A DNA stretch of 64,000 nucleotides from positions 78,120,001 through 78,184,000 of the forward strand of contig OZ024740.1 of NCBI GenBank assembly GCA_964016885.1, in the 5' to 3' direction. Shown piece by piece: positions 1-13,003 of this stretch. The notes below the pieces were generated by a model. The model ran no database searches. It saw nothing but the letters and a program-made list of their open reading frames with translations, and was not told where the DNA came from. Source of the DNA: Eledone cirrhosa. Lineage: Eukaryota. The first letter of the stretch is position 1. Every line of letters begins with the position of its first letter. The position numbers were made by a program, and so were the translations under genes.

Positions 1-579
1 TTCTTGGACTTTTCCGACTGAATTACTTCACATATATATATATGAGAGAGATTTTATGTGTATGCACGTGTGAATGTGTTTGTGCGTGCAAGTTTTTTTC
101 CACTTGATCTTTTCAGTACTTTTTTTCAAGTCTGATGCTATCTTTTTTATTGATCTCTCTTTTTCGAACTGCTAAGTTATGGGATATAAACTAAGACAGG
201 GAAACATACGCACCCGCGCATATATATATATACATACACACACAGACACACACACACGTACACCTACACACACACATAGAGTGACACATATATACACACA
301 TTCTAGATTTCACTTTAACATTATTTATTTCACGCTAAGTTCCGAATCGCAATTTTTTCACTTCCGACGAACAAATCTACTCTCATAAAGTTCACGTTTA
401 TTTGACACTAAATCCCCTTAATTAAGGTCTTTTAATTAAAGCCCACATCCTTTCACATTGGCTTTAATCTTAATGCCTATTATAATTAACTTTAGTAGTT
501 CCCTCCGTCACCAACACCATCGACACCATCAATATATATGCTCATTCAGGGTTATATTAAACATACATACAACGGTAGA

Positions 580-967
580 TCTCTCTCTCTCTCTCTTTCC
601 ACTCTCTCCACTCTCTCCCTCTCTCCACTCTGTCCCTCTCTCCTTCTCTCCCCCTCTCTCCTTCTCTCCCCCTCTCTCCACTCTCTCCCTCTCCCTCTCT
701 CCACTCTCTCCCTCTCTCCACTCTCTCCCTCTCCACTCTCTCCCTCTCCACTCTCTCCTCTCTCATCTCTCCCCTCTCTCTCTCTCCCATCTCCCTCTCT
801 CCCCCTCTCTCTCCCTCCCATCTCCCTCTCTCCCTCTCCCTCCCTCCTCTCTCCCTCCCCATCTCTCTCTCTTCCTCCCCATCTCTCTCTCTCCCTCCAT
901 CTCTCTCTCCCCCCCTCTCTCTCTCCCTCCCTCTCTCCCCTCCCTCTCTCTCCTCTCCCTCTCCTCG
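580..967. repeat. (CT)-rich polypyrimidine low-complexity tract
   Basis: Degenerate CTCTCTCC repeats; these explain the S/L/P and R/E/G ORFs at 458-1086. Confidence 0.95.
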
Positions 968-968
968 C

Positions 969-1140
969 TAGACAGATTTTACGGGCAAAACCAACAGCAG
1001 GGGATCTAGGGGTAGACCCTGAACAAGTTGGTTGGATAACATCCACGAGCTTCGCTGGTCTCGCTTGGGGAGACGGTGGCTTCTGACATGGCCCGCTGGA
1101 AGGAGTGTTTCAGGACTCTACTCACATGACCCCAACAGTA
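969..1140 (+). mobile_element. RTE-type LINE 3' end fragment (decayed)
   Basis: Frameshifted RQILRAKPT...RGRP*TSWLDNIHELRWSRLG, the typical RTE C-terminal 'RGRP..W' motif; homologous to the inverted copy at 1955-2350. Confidence 0.75.
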
Positions 1141-1954
1141 AGTAGATGAAGGAAAGTATGATATATTCGATAATCTAGTTTGTGAGGTACAAAAAGAGAG
1201 GGTAGTCGTGACTGGAGTGTCTTTCATTAAGGTTGACCTTGAGCTAAACAACGTCAGGAGAAATAAAGTGAAAATATGAAGATAATATACAGTGGTGTCT
1301 GGGTTTATAAGTGTGTAAAGGTGTGTGTCTGTGTGCGGGTTTGTTGGCCTGTACGTTTGTGTAACCGAAGGTGTATTATTTCTTTTGTGTTTGAGTGTGT
1401 GTATATTTATGTCAGTATCTGTGTAAGAATGCCACTGTCAATATTTACATGTGTGTGTGTGTGCTGTCTGTATTAGTCGGTCTGCATGTGTGGTTGTCTT
1501 TGTGTGTATTTGCTCCGTACGTGGTTGTGTGAGTGTATGTGTGCGTTAGTTGCTGACCCTAAACAAGTTATTGCGTGGGTGTTTCTTCAAAGCTGGACCT
1601 TTGTTTTTGTACCCACGACCTTCTAATACACACTCATACGCACTAACAGGTAACTCACCCACAAACCTATATACATACATACACATATTTATATATACAC
1701 ATGCACTGCTCTTTCTACCTCCCTCTCTATGCACCCCCCCCCCACACACACACACACGTGTGTGTATATATACATGCAATTATGTATATTAATAATTGTT
1801 TTTACTTTTGGCACAAGGCCACCAATTAACCCGTGTATTACTGGTACTTTATTTTATCGACCCCGTAAGGATGAAAGGCAAAGTTAATAATAAAGTCACT
1901 CCTTGTCCATACTACTGTGTATGTATATATATATATATATATATATATACATAC

Positions 1955-2350
1955 AGAGCCCTTAAACACTCCCTCCAGCGAGTCCTGTGAGAAGCAACTG
2001 TCTCCAACTGCTCCGACTGGATCCCTAAGCGAGACCAGCCAGACTCGTGGATGTTATCCAACCATCTTGCTCGGGGTCTACCCCTGGGTCTCATGCCGGT
2101 TGGTTGCTTTTGTCCAGCGATACTTTCCTTAGATATTCTCCCCACCTGCCCATAATATCGGGGCTGTGATCTCTTAATTCGGAGAAGTAGAGGCTCTACC
2201 TGGAGTCACTCCCTGATCTCCGAGCTACGTACTCTATCGAGTAACGTTACTCCAAAGACCCTTTGGAGGAACCCATTTCGGCCGCTTTTATTCGTGATCG
2301 TATTATTTCTTTCATTATCCAAAATTCATGACCATAGGTAAGGGTTGGCA
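1955..2350 (-). mobile_element. RTE-type LINE 3' fragment
   Basis: Minus strand encodes YGHEFW...IKAAEMG and RPRGRPRARWLDNI...WSRLGI...RTRWR (RTE C-terminus). Confidence 0.8.
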
Positions 2351-3891
2351 CCATTCTCGTCAGAGCTGTATGTGGCGGATAGCGATACGAATTTCCCTGT
2401 AAATTAAAAAAAATTGCTAAACATCTTTAATCGATTTTAGGATCTTATTGGACCTTCACCAGAAGACGTGTGTATCATCCAATCAACCACAAGGAAACGT
2501 GTATTTGATGGGTTTATATACCCATTCGCTCTTAGTATTATTCTGAAATTGGCATATTAATTTGCATATAATTATCATTCACTTCGGTTGCTTGCGCACT
2601 TAATTTATTACCCACAGGTGCGATCATTATATGCAATGAGTATGTCCATTTCAGATAATGCCCCCATAACTCCCACAGGAATAAGTAGAGTGAAGATTTA
2701 ATAATGTAACTAACTTTCTTAAGTTAGTGTTTGGAACATAAATTTACAAAAGTTTTTAGATAAATATTAAGCACTTTAAAACAATTTTATATCATAGAAC
2801 TAGGGACGGTTTCTGACGGTTTGTAATTGCGAAACACAATCAAGGTGCGACAAGGATTGACCTTCAGATTGGCCGTGTTATCTATCTGACGGTATTTTAC
2901 GCAGATTTCTTCTACCGAGTTTCATTCACAAAGCTTGTCTACTTGAGGCTATGATAAAGACACTTGAGTCCTTGAATCTAACATTTAGTAATGAAAGAGT
3001 CGAGTAGAGAAGCTGTAGTTGTTTCTTTCCTAAAAATAACTGAAAAGCATGACAGGATGGTCACGATTGGAATACTTTTACCACAGGTCGGCTTAATCGG
3101 ATAAAATACTACTGGAGGGGGGGGGGGGTAAATAGCCAGCAGCCATTACAGAAAATCGAACACCATATGTCTCAAATTCCGACCAAGTGCTTTAATCGAA
3201 GTACCCAGTACTTAGATAATTTATAAAACTTGTTTGCATCAACGTTGGTCAGTAGAGCTACTCTCAGGTCCCAAATTATGGGGTGACGGTAAGGTTGTTG
3301 GTGGTGGTGGGGTGTAATTTTTCTAGGTTGTCTCCGTTGGTTTATTTAATAAAACCCTGAATTAGTGGTTTAATTTACTTATTGAAACTCTAACAAATCC
3401 TATTTATTTTATAACGTACGAGATTTCTAGTATTTTACTTCTTTTGTTATGTAGAATGTTTTTCTAATGTCTAAAGAAAATTAATTGCCGCAAGAATACT
3501 ACTATTTAAAATAAAATTTCTCCGGGTATAGATTAGCAAGATTTAATAAGCAGGGGATGGGGCATTATTTGGGACCCATAAGTACCAAAATTTAATAGAA
3601 TATGTGGTTAGCCACCCATTAGATTAATGGTTAAATAACTAGGCTGGATTTTGAGAAATACGAAGTCCGATTCTCCGTAGCTGATGCTAGCCACATTTTC
3701 TTTTTTCTCTTGGCAGAGAAGGTTCTGTATGTTGAATGGCAGCGTTAAATAGGGTTCTGATGATATCGTCTTATAGTGGAGGTTTCTCTCTTTAGTAGAC
3801 ACATGGTAAAGGGGGGAATGACCTGCAGCGAAAGCTATACATATGCAGAACACACACGCGAACGTACTCATACATTTATATCTATATACAT

Positions 3892-3924
<33 letters not shown>

Positions 3925-4090
3925 ATGTATATACATATATTTATATACATATGAACGTATCATATACGCATGTATAAACACATTTATATCCATATATTAG
4001 ACATACACACACACATATGGGGGAGAGGGAAAAAGAGTGTGATGGTGAAATATGATTTAAAACACAAAGCCTAGTTATATATATATATAA

Positions 4091-4747
4091 CTATATATTT
4101 CGTTTCTGAATTTGTTTAGCAAGATTCTTTATCTGAAATCGTGTGTTGAAACCGATATTGTTATACTTTGGGAGGGTCATGTTGCCAATAAGAAAATTAG
4201 GGTAATAAGAAAATAAGGGTAAATTAGAGAACATAGAAATGAAAATAGAATCTACACACAGAAAAGACACAATGTTTAGACAAATAACAGAGGCAATAAA
4301 CATAAAAGAATTACAACCAAAATTAAATAGAAAATATGAGTGGAACAGCAACATCACAACTTACAATTAAGGACAAAATGAATACACACACACACATAGA
4401 ACAAACAACCAACCAGTAACATGTAAATAAACAAATAAATAAATGAACATAAACACACACAGACACCCGGATGTGGCGCATGCGCAGACTGAGCACACAA
4501 CACACACACAGAAACAAAATGGCGTAGGACAGAACAAAGGAGAGGCACAAAAACAAAGAAAGGAATCCCCAGTCACTGAAGAGGTCACAGAGTGTGTGAC
4601 GAAAGAACTATGACAATATATAAACAACTATCTGGTTGTGGAACCAACCAACCAGAAATTTATAAATTTATTATAATAAATTGAAGTGAAAGCAACTGGT
4701 GCGCGTGTTTCTTATTGGCAACATGACCCTCCCAAAGTATAACAATA
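4091..4747 (+). mobile_element. Penelope-like pseudo-LTR fragment with inverted 3' end (family I)
   Basis: About 4157-4195 is the reverse complement of about 4708-4747; internal hammerhead at 4572-4614; TA-flanked; related pieces at 7676-7845, 46141-46240, 56801-56860. Confidence 0.65.
4572..4614 (+). ncRNA. Minimal type-I hammerhead ribozyme
   Basis: gtca-CTGAAGA-g-gtcaca(gagtg)tgtgac-GAAA-g(aa)c-TA-tgac: stem I gtca/tgac, 6-bp stem II, tiny stem III, CUA cleavage after 4610. Confidence 0.8.
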
Positions 4748-4782
4748 AAACTATATATATATATATATATAAAACTATATAT

Positions 4783-4867
<85 letters not shown>

Positions 4868-4890
4868 TATATATACACACATATATATAT

Positions 4891-5199
<309 letters not shown>

Positions 5200-5238
5200 T
5201 TATATATATATATATAGTTTTATATATATATATATATA

Positions 5239-5307
<69 letters not shown>

Positions 5308-5714
5308 TTATATATATATATATATAGTTTTATATATATAGTTTTATATATATATATAACAGCCTTACCAACAAACAACTGCAGCAATAAGAACAACATT
5401 CAACCGTACCACCGCCCACACATCACTTACTGCCTCCTACCACTACCACCACCGTTACACTCTACAGTCAAGTGAGGACGTATGTAAGGTGGTAGTGGAG
5501 GTAGTAGTGGTGGTCGTCGTCGTTGTGGTTCACTAATAATTCCCTCGAGTTTTGACAGGAAACACACACACACAGTCGCACCCTTCCTAAGATAGACATG
5601 CACACGTACATGTAGAGAAAACAATACATATTGATTTACACACTACTGTGTGTGTGTATATATATAATATAATATACATTCGTGCATATATATGTATTTA
5701 TACACATATGTGAG

Positions 5715-5878
5715 TGTGGCTATGCGTGTTAATATGCACGACTAGTAGTTAGGGCTTTGGGCTTGCAATCGGCTGGTTGTGAGTTCGATTCTTGAACCGG
5801 TTGGTGCGTTGTGTCCTTGAGCGAGACACTTTATCTCACGTTGATCCAGTTCACTCAGCTGTAGAAATGAGTTGCGGT
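5715..5878 (+). mobile_element. tRNA-derived SINE (second family)
   Basis: B-box gagttcgattc, body gtgtccttgagcgagacactt; similar copies at 61969-62100 (+) and about 41800-42062 (-). Confidence 0.7.
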
Positions 5879-5889
5879 GTTACTGATGC

Positions 5890-6770
5890 CACGCTGTATC
5901 GGCAAATGTCTGCCCAGGTCTTTCTTGGTCGTCCTATATTGCGACTTCCTTCCATTGGGATATCTTGGCATTTCTTCACCCATCAATCATTGTCCATGCG
6001 CATTACATGTCCATACCAACGCAGTCTTCTCTCCTGCACACCATCTCGGATTCCCCTTAAACCTAGTTTCTCTCTCGGCTTGTCCAACCTCTGTCTTTTT
6101 CTTACATTTATATTACACACCCAACGAAACGTGGTTGCTTCATTTCTCTCCAGTCTACGCATGTCCTCTGCAGTCACAGCCCATATTTCACTACCTTGCA
6201 GCATCGCGCACTGCACACAGGTGTCCTACAGCCTTCCTTTCGTACGTGGGGAGAAACCTTTTGTTGTCAGCAGTAGGAGCAGTTCTCTAAACTCCCTCCA
6301 TTCTATCCTTATTCTAGAAATACTCTCGGCGCACCCTCCTCCTTTGCTTATTAGGTCACCTAGGTAGCAGAAGCTACCAACCACATCTATGGATCCTTCC
6401 TGTGACTGGAAAAAAGTTTATATCATTAGCAGTCTTCCTCTTGATTTCTCCTGTGTATCTTCTACAAGCAAAGTCCTCCCTTCCTGTTAGTCTACTCATT
6501 ATCCCACTACACCTTTTGTGTACCCAAGATTTACATTGTGTACATTGTATGGAGTTTAATCTTACTCCTTTTCTGCATATTGAACATAGCCACCTCCCTG
6601 GGAGAATCTGGGTCCTAGTCATAGCACTTTAGTTTTGGCTAAGTTTATTCTCAGACCTTTTGATTTCAAATTCAATTTCCATAATCGGAATTTATTTTCT
6701 AGCCCTTTGTTGGTTTTAGCTATAAGGACCAAATCATCTGCATAGAAACGTTTCCACGGGCAGCTCGTTT
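5890..6770 (-). mobile_element. RTE-type LINE fragment (RT C-terminal half with Cys/His zinc-finger insert), frameshifted
   Basis: FYADDLVLIA...KGLRINLAKTKVL; CSICRKGV..NSIQCTQCKSWVHKRCSG; MLQGSEIWA...RRLRWYGHVMRM. Confidence 0.85.
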
Positions 6771-7265
6771 TCAAGGAATTAGTTGTTTCATAGTTTTTGT
6801 TGACCACGGCACGTATTCTTTCGTAGTACCGAATCATATTCACGTAGATATGCACATATATGTGTGTGTATGTGTGTTGTCGTAAACATTAGCATACATT
6901 CATCCATATAATTGATATATACCCATATATTCAAAGTCTTTAATCTTTAATGACGTGGAAAATTGGCATGGACATACTTACACACACACGCGCACACTTT
7001 TAAAGTTTTCAGGACATCTCACGCATTTCAGTGTATTTCCATCTTTGTATACACAACGGTCTAGTCATACAATATATATATATATATAAACTCTACTTCG
7101 GTATTGAGTACACTTTTCTCTCAGCCGCGAACAAACATTTATATATTATATACATATTAATAAATATATATATTATATATTATATACATATATATATAAT
7201 ATATATTATTATATGCATACATATATATAATATATATTATTATATACATACATATATATATATAA

Positions 7266-7452
7266 TGGATTGGCAGTATCGGCAGAGGGTCGGACACCAT
7301 GCTTTACAGCATAGAGTTACGGCCCTTTACGGTCTGAAATCAAATCGCGCCGAGGTTAACTTTGCCTTTCATCCTTACGGGGTCGATAAAATAAAGTACC
7401 AGTAATGCACTGGGTTATTGCTGGCCTTGTGCCAAAAGTAGAAACAATTATT
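7266..7452 (+). mobile_element. tRNA-derived SINE (dominant family)
   Basis: A-box-like tggcagtatcgg, core ctttgcctttcatccttacggggtcgataaaataaagtaccag, tail gctggccttgtgccaaaagtagaaacaattatt. Confidence 0.85.
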
Positions 7453-7466
7453 ATACATACATACAT

Positions 7467-7529
<63 letters not shown>

Positions 7530-7532
<3 letters not shown>

Positions 7533-7660
7533 CTATTTCTACTTTAGGCACAAGGCCAGCAATTACCCAGTGCATTACTGGTACTTTATTTTATCGACCC
7601 CGTAAGGATGAAAGGCAAAGTCTACCTCGGCGGGATTTGAACTCAGATCGTAAAGGGACG
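7530..7660 (-). mobile_element. Dominant SINE, inverted copy
   Basis: Reverse complement of the 7330-7450 region; B-box gagttcaaatccc on the minus strand. Confidence 0.85.
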
Positions 7661-7859
7661 TATATATATATATAACGTCGATGAAGTTGTTTTGCAAGGT
7701 CTTTGATATGAAATCGTGTGTCGAAATAAATAGTGTGTTATACTTGGGGAGGGCCATATTATTGTAATAATATTACCAGTGAGTGTGTTCCGTTATTATT
7801 TCTGGGGATATTATTACAACAATATGTCTCTCCCCAAGTATAACAATATATCTGGTTAT

Positions 7860-8081
7860 CACTTATTTTTTATCATTTATTTTGTTTTGACCTGTTTAGC
7901 TTGATTTGGTTTTTGGCTTGGGTGGTTAATGCTTTCTTGACCACCTTTTCAGTTTTGTATGGCTTCTTAACACATTGTTTAGCTCTGGTTTTTAACTATT
8001 GAGCACTTTGCCAGTATCATTTCTGATTTTTGCATTTCGCTTCGCTTTTCCTGTCCGCCGAAAATGCGATTCTCGCTGAAT

Positions 8082-8085
<4 letters not shown>
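7860..8085 (+). mobile_element. TA-abutting dispersed repeat, family G (inverted copy 43240-43445)
   Basis: Clear homology between the two copies; carries the YY-bulge hairpin at 7982-8006. Confidence 0.7.
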
Positions 8086-8140
<55 letters not shown>

Positions 8141-8316
8141 TCTCTGTCTGACAAACGATCCAGACGTATATATTATTATAGTCTGTGATCCAGAAACCTT
8201 TGGAAATGGAGTAGTTATATTTTGTGTTGTTCGCTCTTTAATTAATTAAATATATATATATATTATATACATTTTCCATATACAGACATACATTTACTGT
8301 AAGACGCATAAGTAAA

Positions 8317-8361
<45 letters not shown>

Positions 8362-8642
8362 TTCCAGTGGTGTTCTTTAGTAACAGCAGCAGCAGCCGCA
8401 AGTTGTTGATCTTCCTTTTCACTTTGCCGTCCATTCATAAATTTTCAACAGAATTAGGACAAGCTGTCTCTCTCTGCCACAAGTGGGCGTCACAGCGTGT
8501 AACTATCTTTCTTTCGCTCTCTCACTTCCTCTCTTTCGCTCTCTCACTCTTTCTACATTTCCCCTCTCATTCTCTGTTCGTCTCTTTGTATCTTTTTTCT
8601 ACCTTGTACACGTTTATACACACACACACACACACACACGCA

Positions 8643-8673
<31 letters not shown>

Positions 8674-8687
8674 GTGGTTACAAAAGA

Positions 8688-8741
<54 letters not shown>

Positions 8742-8746
<5 letters not shown>

Positions 8747-8860
8747 ATGTGGTTGACGGCTGAGAGTAAAGAGTGCTCAACATCGAAGTAGAGTTAATAT
8801 TCATTTTATTAAGGCTAAATAGCGTAACAAGACTCACTATTTAACCGTGATAAAATGAAT
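8742..8860. mobile_element. Fold-back element, family B (short copy)
   Basis: Homologous to 43464-43664 and 58231-58376; inverted arms attcattttatt...taaatag / ctattta...taaaatgaat. Confidence 0.7.
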
Positions 8861-9141
8861 ATAATACATACATATACACACACACACATAATTCGTGTGT
8901 GGATGTTGAACTGCTGTAAGATGAGCATTTTTGCTTTGATATATATATATATATTATTCTGTTTTTCATCTATTAGTTTCAGTCACGACACTGAAGTTAT
9001 GGTGGGTGGTTTTTTTTTTTACTAATTGATAAATTAACTGTCTGCCTAAACATGTATATTGTACTGTCCTGATCTATGGTCTTCCACATCTTGTTACTGC
9101 GAATCTCCCCCCCCCCCTCTGTATGTGTGTATATATATATA

Positions 9142-9739
9142 TGTCAGGTCACCAGTTGGTGCTACTGGTAACATGTATCCCAGTACAACCTGTCTCATGG
9201 TCGGGTCGTTGGCGACTAAACTGGCAACCCCACCAAGGTGAGGAGGGTGACTTTGGACATCCTGCAAGACTAAAAACAAAACCTGTCAAAGGGCAAAGGA
9301 GCTCTTAAGAGTCAATGGCCATCCAAAATCACCGGGAGAGATGACCCTTAGCCTTTGTCAAGGCAGAATTCTAGGAGACGGAAAACTCTGATATAACACC
9401 TGCAACCCTGATGGTATCCAATGATGTTGACTTGTTCTTCTTTTTGGTAAATATCATCTTGGTTAAGAGAGTGGGACTGGCTTTGTGCAGTGCCTTTGCT
9501 CACTATAAAAGCTTCACGGCACAGGCATTGCTTTATATCTGGAGATCTCTCTGCACTTGTCGTCACATGGTACCATGGGCCCAGCACTATGTGTCAATAA
9601 TTGTCACATGTGTAGTGTTTGTACCAGAGTTTTCAAGTCGCTGGCTGGACTAAAAAGTCACACTTGTTCAGCGCATCGGTAGAGGTTCTCCTACATGGAT
9701 ATAAAGTAGTGGCCGTACTCGAAAACGAGTTGGCAGCCA

Positions 9740-9742
<3 letters not shown>
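9142..9742. mobile_element. About 600-bp solo-LTR-like element in (TA)n
   Basis: Begins TG, ends CA; near-identical copy with the same boundaries at 60740-61349; partial copy at 16304-16608. Confidence 0.7.
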
Positions 9743-9774
<32 letters not shown>

Positions 9775-11949
9775 TAGATAGATATACATAGATATACTGT
9801 ATATGAGAGAGGTAAAATCCAGACCGCGGCGCCAAGCGGTTTCGGCTTGTGTGTTCAGCAAGCCTTTCAGGGGTGTGCGCGCGCGCACGCACACACACAC
9901 ACACACACTTAGTTTGCATATTACAATAGTTTCGATATCGATCAGCTCAGGGTACAATCAGAAGGACGGGGCTCTAAGTTTATTGATATCTAAATAATTG
10001 TAATATGTCAATCAACATATGCTACAACACTGACTTCGATTCTACTTACTCTATTTATACTCTGGAATACAACCCAAAATGAGACGGTCCTCGTAACAGC
10101 ATTGAGTGCTTCGAACGACGCGCCGCCTATATCTGTAGTTACACACATAAAACACACGCACTCACACATACATACACACACACTTTTCACATACATATAA
10201 AGCTTCTGTAAATATAGGCTATAAATATAGGCTATATAAACAGGTTGTTTGTATGTGTTTGTGTTCAGCTGAAAACTCTCACACACACCCAAATACACAT
10301 AATCATTTTTTTTATGTTCAATATTTAACATCTAATATCTGATAAGATTGTTATACCTTTCGAAACCGGTTATATTTAATGCAACAATCATAAAAGTATT
10401 CATTCTGTTGGATTAAATTAAAAAAAATCTTTAAACATACTTCTGTGCATTATTATGTACATGGCTGAATATTCCATGGATATGTCTACCTTTAACGTAA
10501 TTCTAGGAGATTCAGTATGACAGTGTGTGATGAGATCCTTTCAATTACAAACAGAACCTTTTGTCCAGCTGAGTGAACTGGAATAAGTTGAAATAAAATG
10601 CTTTGTTCAAAGACACAACACAAACTCACCATCTTCTAGCCGTGAACTGAATATTCTATTCATTAAGCCACACACTTTCACAAATATATACATGTAAAAC
10701 CCTTTAGATGAAACGTATATAGATGGTCCCGTAATTCATGATAGTCATATTGAAACACGGCGTTTCTTGGGCATTTTAAGCCCGCCAGAGCCCATCCCTC
10801 TCCAGTCCCGAGTACAGCAGATTTCTTCCAGGGAAAGATAGAAAGTGAGAGAGAGGAAATGCGAAAGAGATATAGAGGAAGAATCGACCCCAGTACTAGA
10901 CTGGTACGTTTTTTATCGACCTGGAAAGGATGAAAGGCAACCTTGACCTCGGGAGAGATTTGAACTCCGAGAGCCGGAAGGAATACCATAAAGCATTCTA
11001 TCCGACGTTCTAACCACTCTCTCAATTGTCACCTGTAGATGAAACATAGAAACAGCGAAAACAAACTATTTTCTTATTACATATTCCTTTTCAGGCAGGT
11101 ATGCAAGTGTGGATAAGAAGCTTGCTTCACAACGAAGTGGTTTCGGGTTCAGTTCAACTGCGTAGTACCTTGAGCAAGTTTCTTTCTTCTACAGCCTCGA
11201 GTTTACCGATGCCTTGTGAATGAAATTTCATTGGCGGAAACTGTGGAAGCTGGTCGTATGTGTCTGTGTATATATGAATACACACAGATACAGACAGGCG
11301 TCTGCGTTTAGGTTTACACATGTCTCGTATTCGAGCGGTTCAGCAGAATGAATGGATAAAACAAGTACAAGCTTTGAAAAGAATAAGCGGGGCTGTAGCA
11401 TGGCCGTAATCTAATGACTGTAACCAATTAATAAATCCGAGTTTACCGAAAGTCAATCCCAAAACATTTCTTTTTATACGGGAACAAAATGAATTTATTT
11501 TGCCTTATTTAATTATAAGGCTGTGACCTGAACAGTTTTCATACTGGGTTTCTACTATTAAAAATAGTTTGTTATAAAACGTTACTATTTATATAAAAAC
11601 ATACAATCATAATTTTATGTATGAACCTTTGTCAAGTTATGATCTAAACGCCAGCTTTAGAAAGAGAAATTTATTGTAGTAAATTCCTGCAAAATCATAG
11701 TTAATGTCAAAGTCCATTAATGGAAGGTACTGTGATGTCGTTTTTATTGTTTCTAAATTTAAAAATTTTAGCCGGTTTAACACATAATGTAAAGGTGTGA
11801 GATACTTAATCAATTCTGAGACGGTGGAGCGCTAGATAGAATATGTTTGCCATTTACAATGGTAATAATTATTTCATAGTATTAATTGCAATGTATTTAG
11901 TGAAAAAATCCGTAATCCATTAGCCCGAGGGTTTACATACACACACACA

Positions 11950-12039
<90 letters not shown>

Positions 12040-12129
12040 AATATGTATGTATACTAATGTTTTAGATATATATATGTGTATACACAGTGTTTGTATGCAA
12101 TTATATGCATGTATCTTTATACACACACA

Positions 12130-12245
12130 TGAGGTTGGCGTTAGGAAGGGCATCCAGCTGTAGAAATCAAGCCAGCATCAGTTCCCGTCCCACCCCTGCA
12201 AGCAGGGAAAAGCGGACGTAAAATGAAATGATGATGATGATGATG
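12130..12245 (+). mobile_element. SINE/LINE 3' tail ending in (TGA)n (copy at about 22575-22735)
   Basis: gaggttggcgttaggaagggcatccagctgtagaaa...cggacgtaaaatgaaatgatgatg is shared by both copies. Confidence 0.65.
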
Positions 12246-12541
12246 ATATATATAAAGATAACAGATTGTGTGTGTGTGTATGTGTATAAGATAACAGACT
12301 GTGTGGGTGTGTATTCATAAATATATATATGCATACAGGTGGTGCTATTGAGACATGGTCAGAGCCAATACTGGCCGAAACCTATCAAAGTTTAGATAAA
12401 TATATGTGTTTATATATATATATATATTTTTTTTTTTTGTTGTGTGTGTGTATATATATGTTTATATATAAATATATTTGTGTGTATATATATATTTTTT
12501 TTATATATAAATATATTTGTGTGTGTATGTATATATATATA

Positions 12542-13003
12542 TACGAGGTGTGTCAGAAAAGTTCCTGGACTGATGTCACAAAAAATTTATTTCAAACCCA
12601 AAAACTTTACACTAAGCGTTTTCTCCTTCAAAGTATCCCCCTGGAGTCTAATGCACTTTTCCATCCTTTTCTGCCACGCTTGCATGCACTCCTGGAAGGA
12701 TTCTTCCGGGATCTTCCGCAGTTCCGTCGTCACGGCCTTTTAGATGTCGTCCACGTCTTTAAAACGGGTTCCCTCCGGGTCGTACTCGAAGATCCATGAC
12801 TCATCACCGGTGATGACTGTCCCTAGCAAGTCTGGTTCCGTTTCAAGACGCTCGAGGATGTCCTGGCACACTTGCATGCGTCGACCCTTCTGGTCATCGT
12901 TCAGCAGTTTTGGCACCACCTTTGCGCAGACTTTCCGCATGTCCAAATCTTCAGTGAGAATCTTCCAGGCGCTGTCCCGATTCATGCCCAGCTCATTTGC
13001 CAT
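12542..13003 (-). mobile_element. Mariner (Tc1/mariner) transposon 3' part, internally deleted
   Basis: RKVCAKVVPKLL...VITGDESWIFEYDPE (WVP-like motif and first catalytic D) fused directly to the C-terminal GTRFKDVDDI; TA + cgaggtgtgtcagaaaagtt TIR at 12542. Confidence 0.9.

Noticed and set aside
458-1086. Ser/Leu/Pro-rich and Arg/Glu/Gly-rich ORFs
   Set aside because: Product of a CT-rich low-complexity tract.
9690-9742. HDV-like ribozyme at the end of the 600-bp element (minus strand GGTGGCT.../GGCCACT resembles P1)
   Set aside because: No L3 UCC..CG loop and no GG for P1.1 after P1; a simple hairpin explains it.
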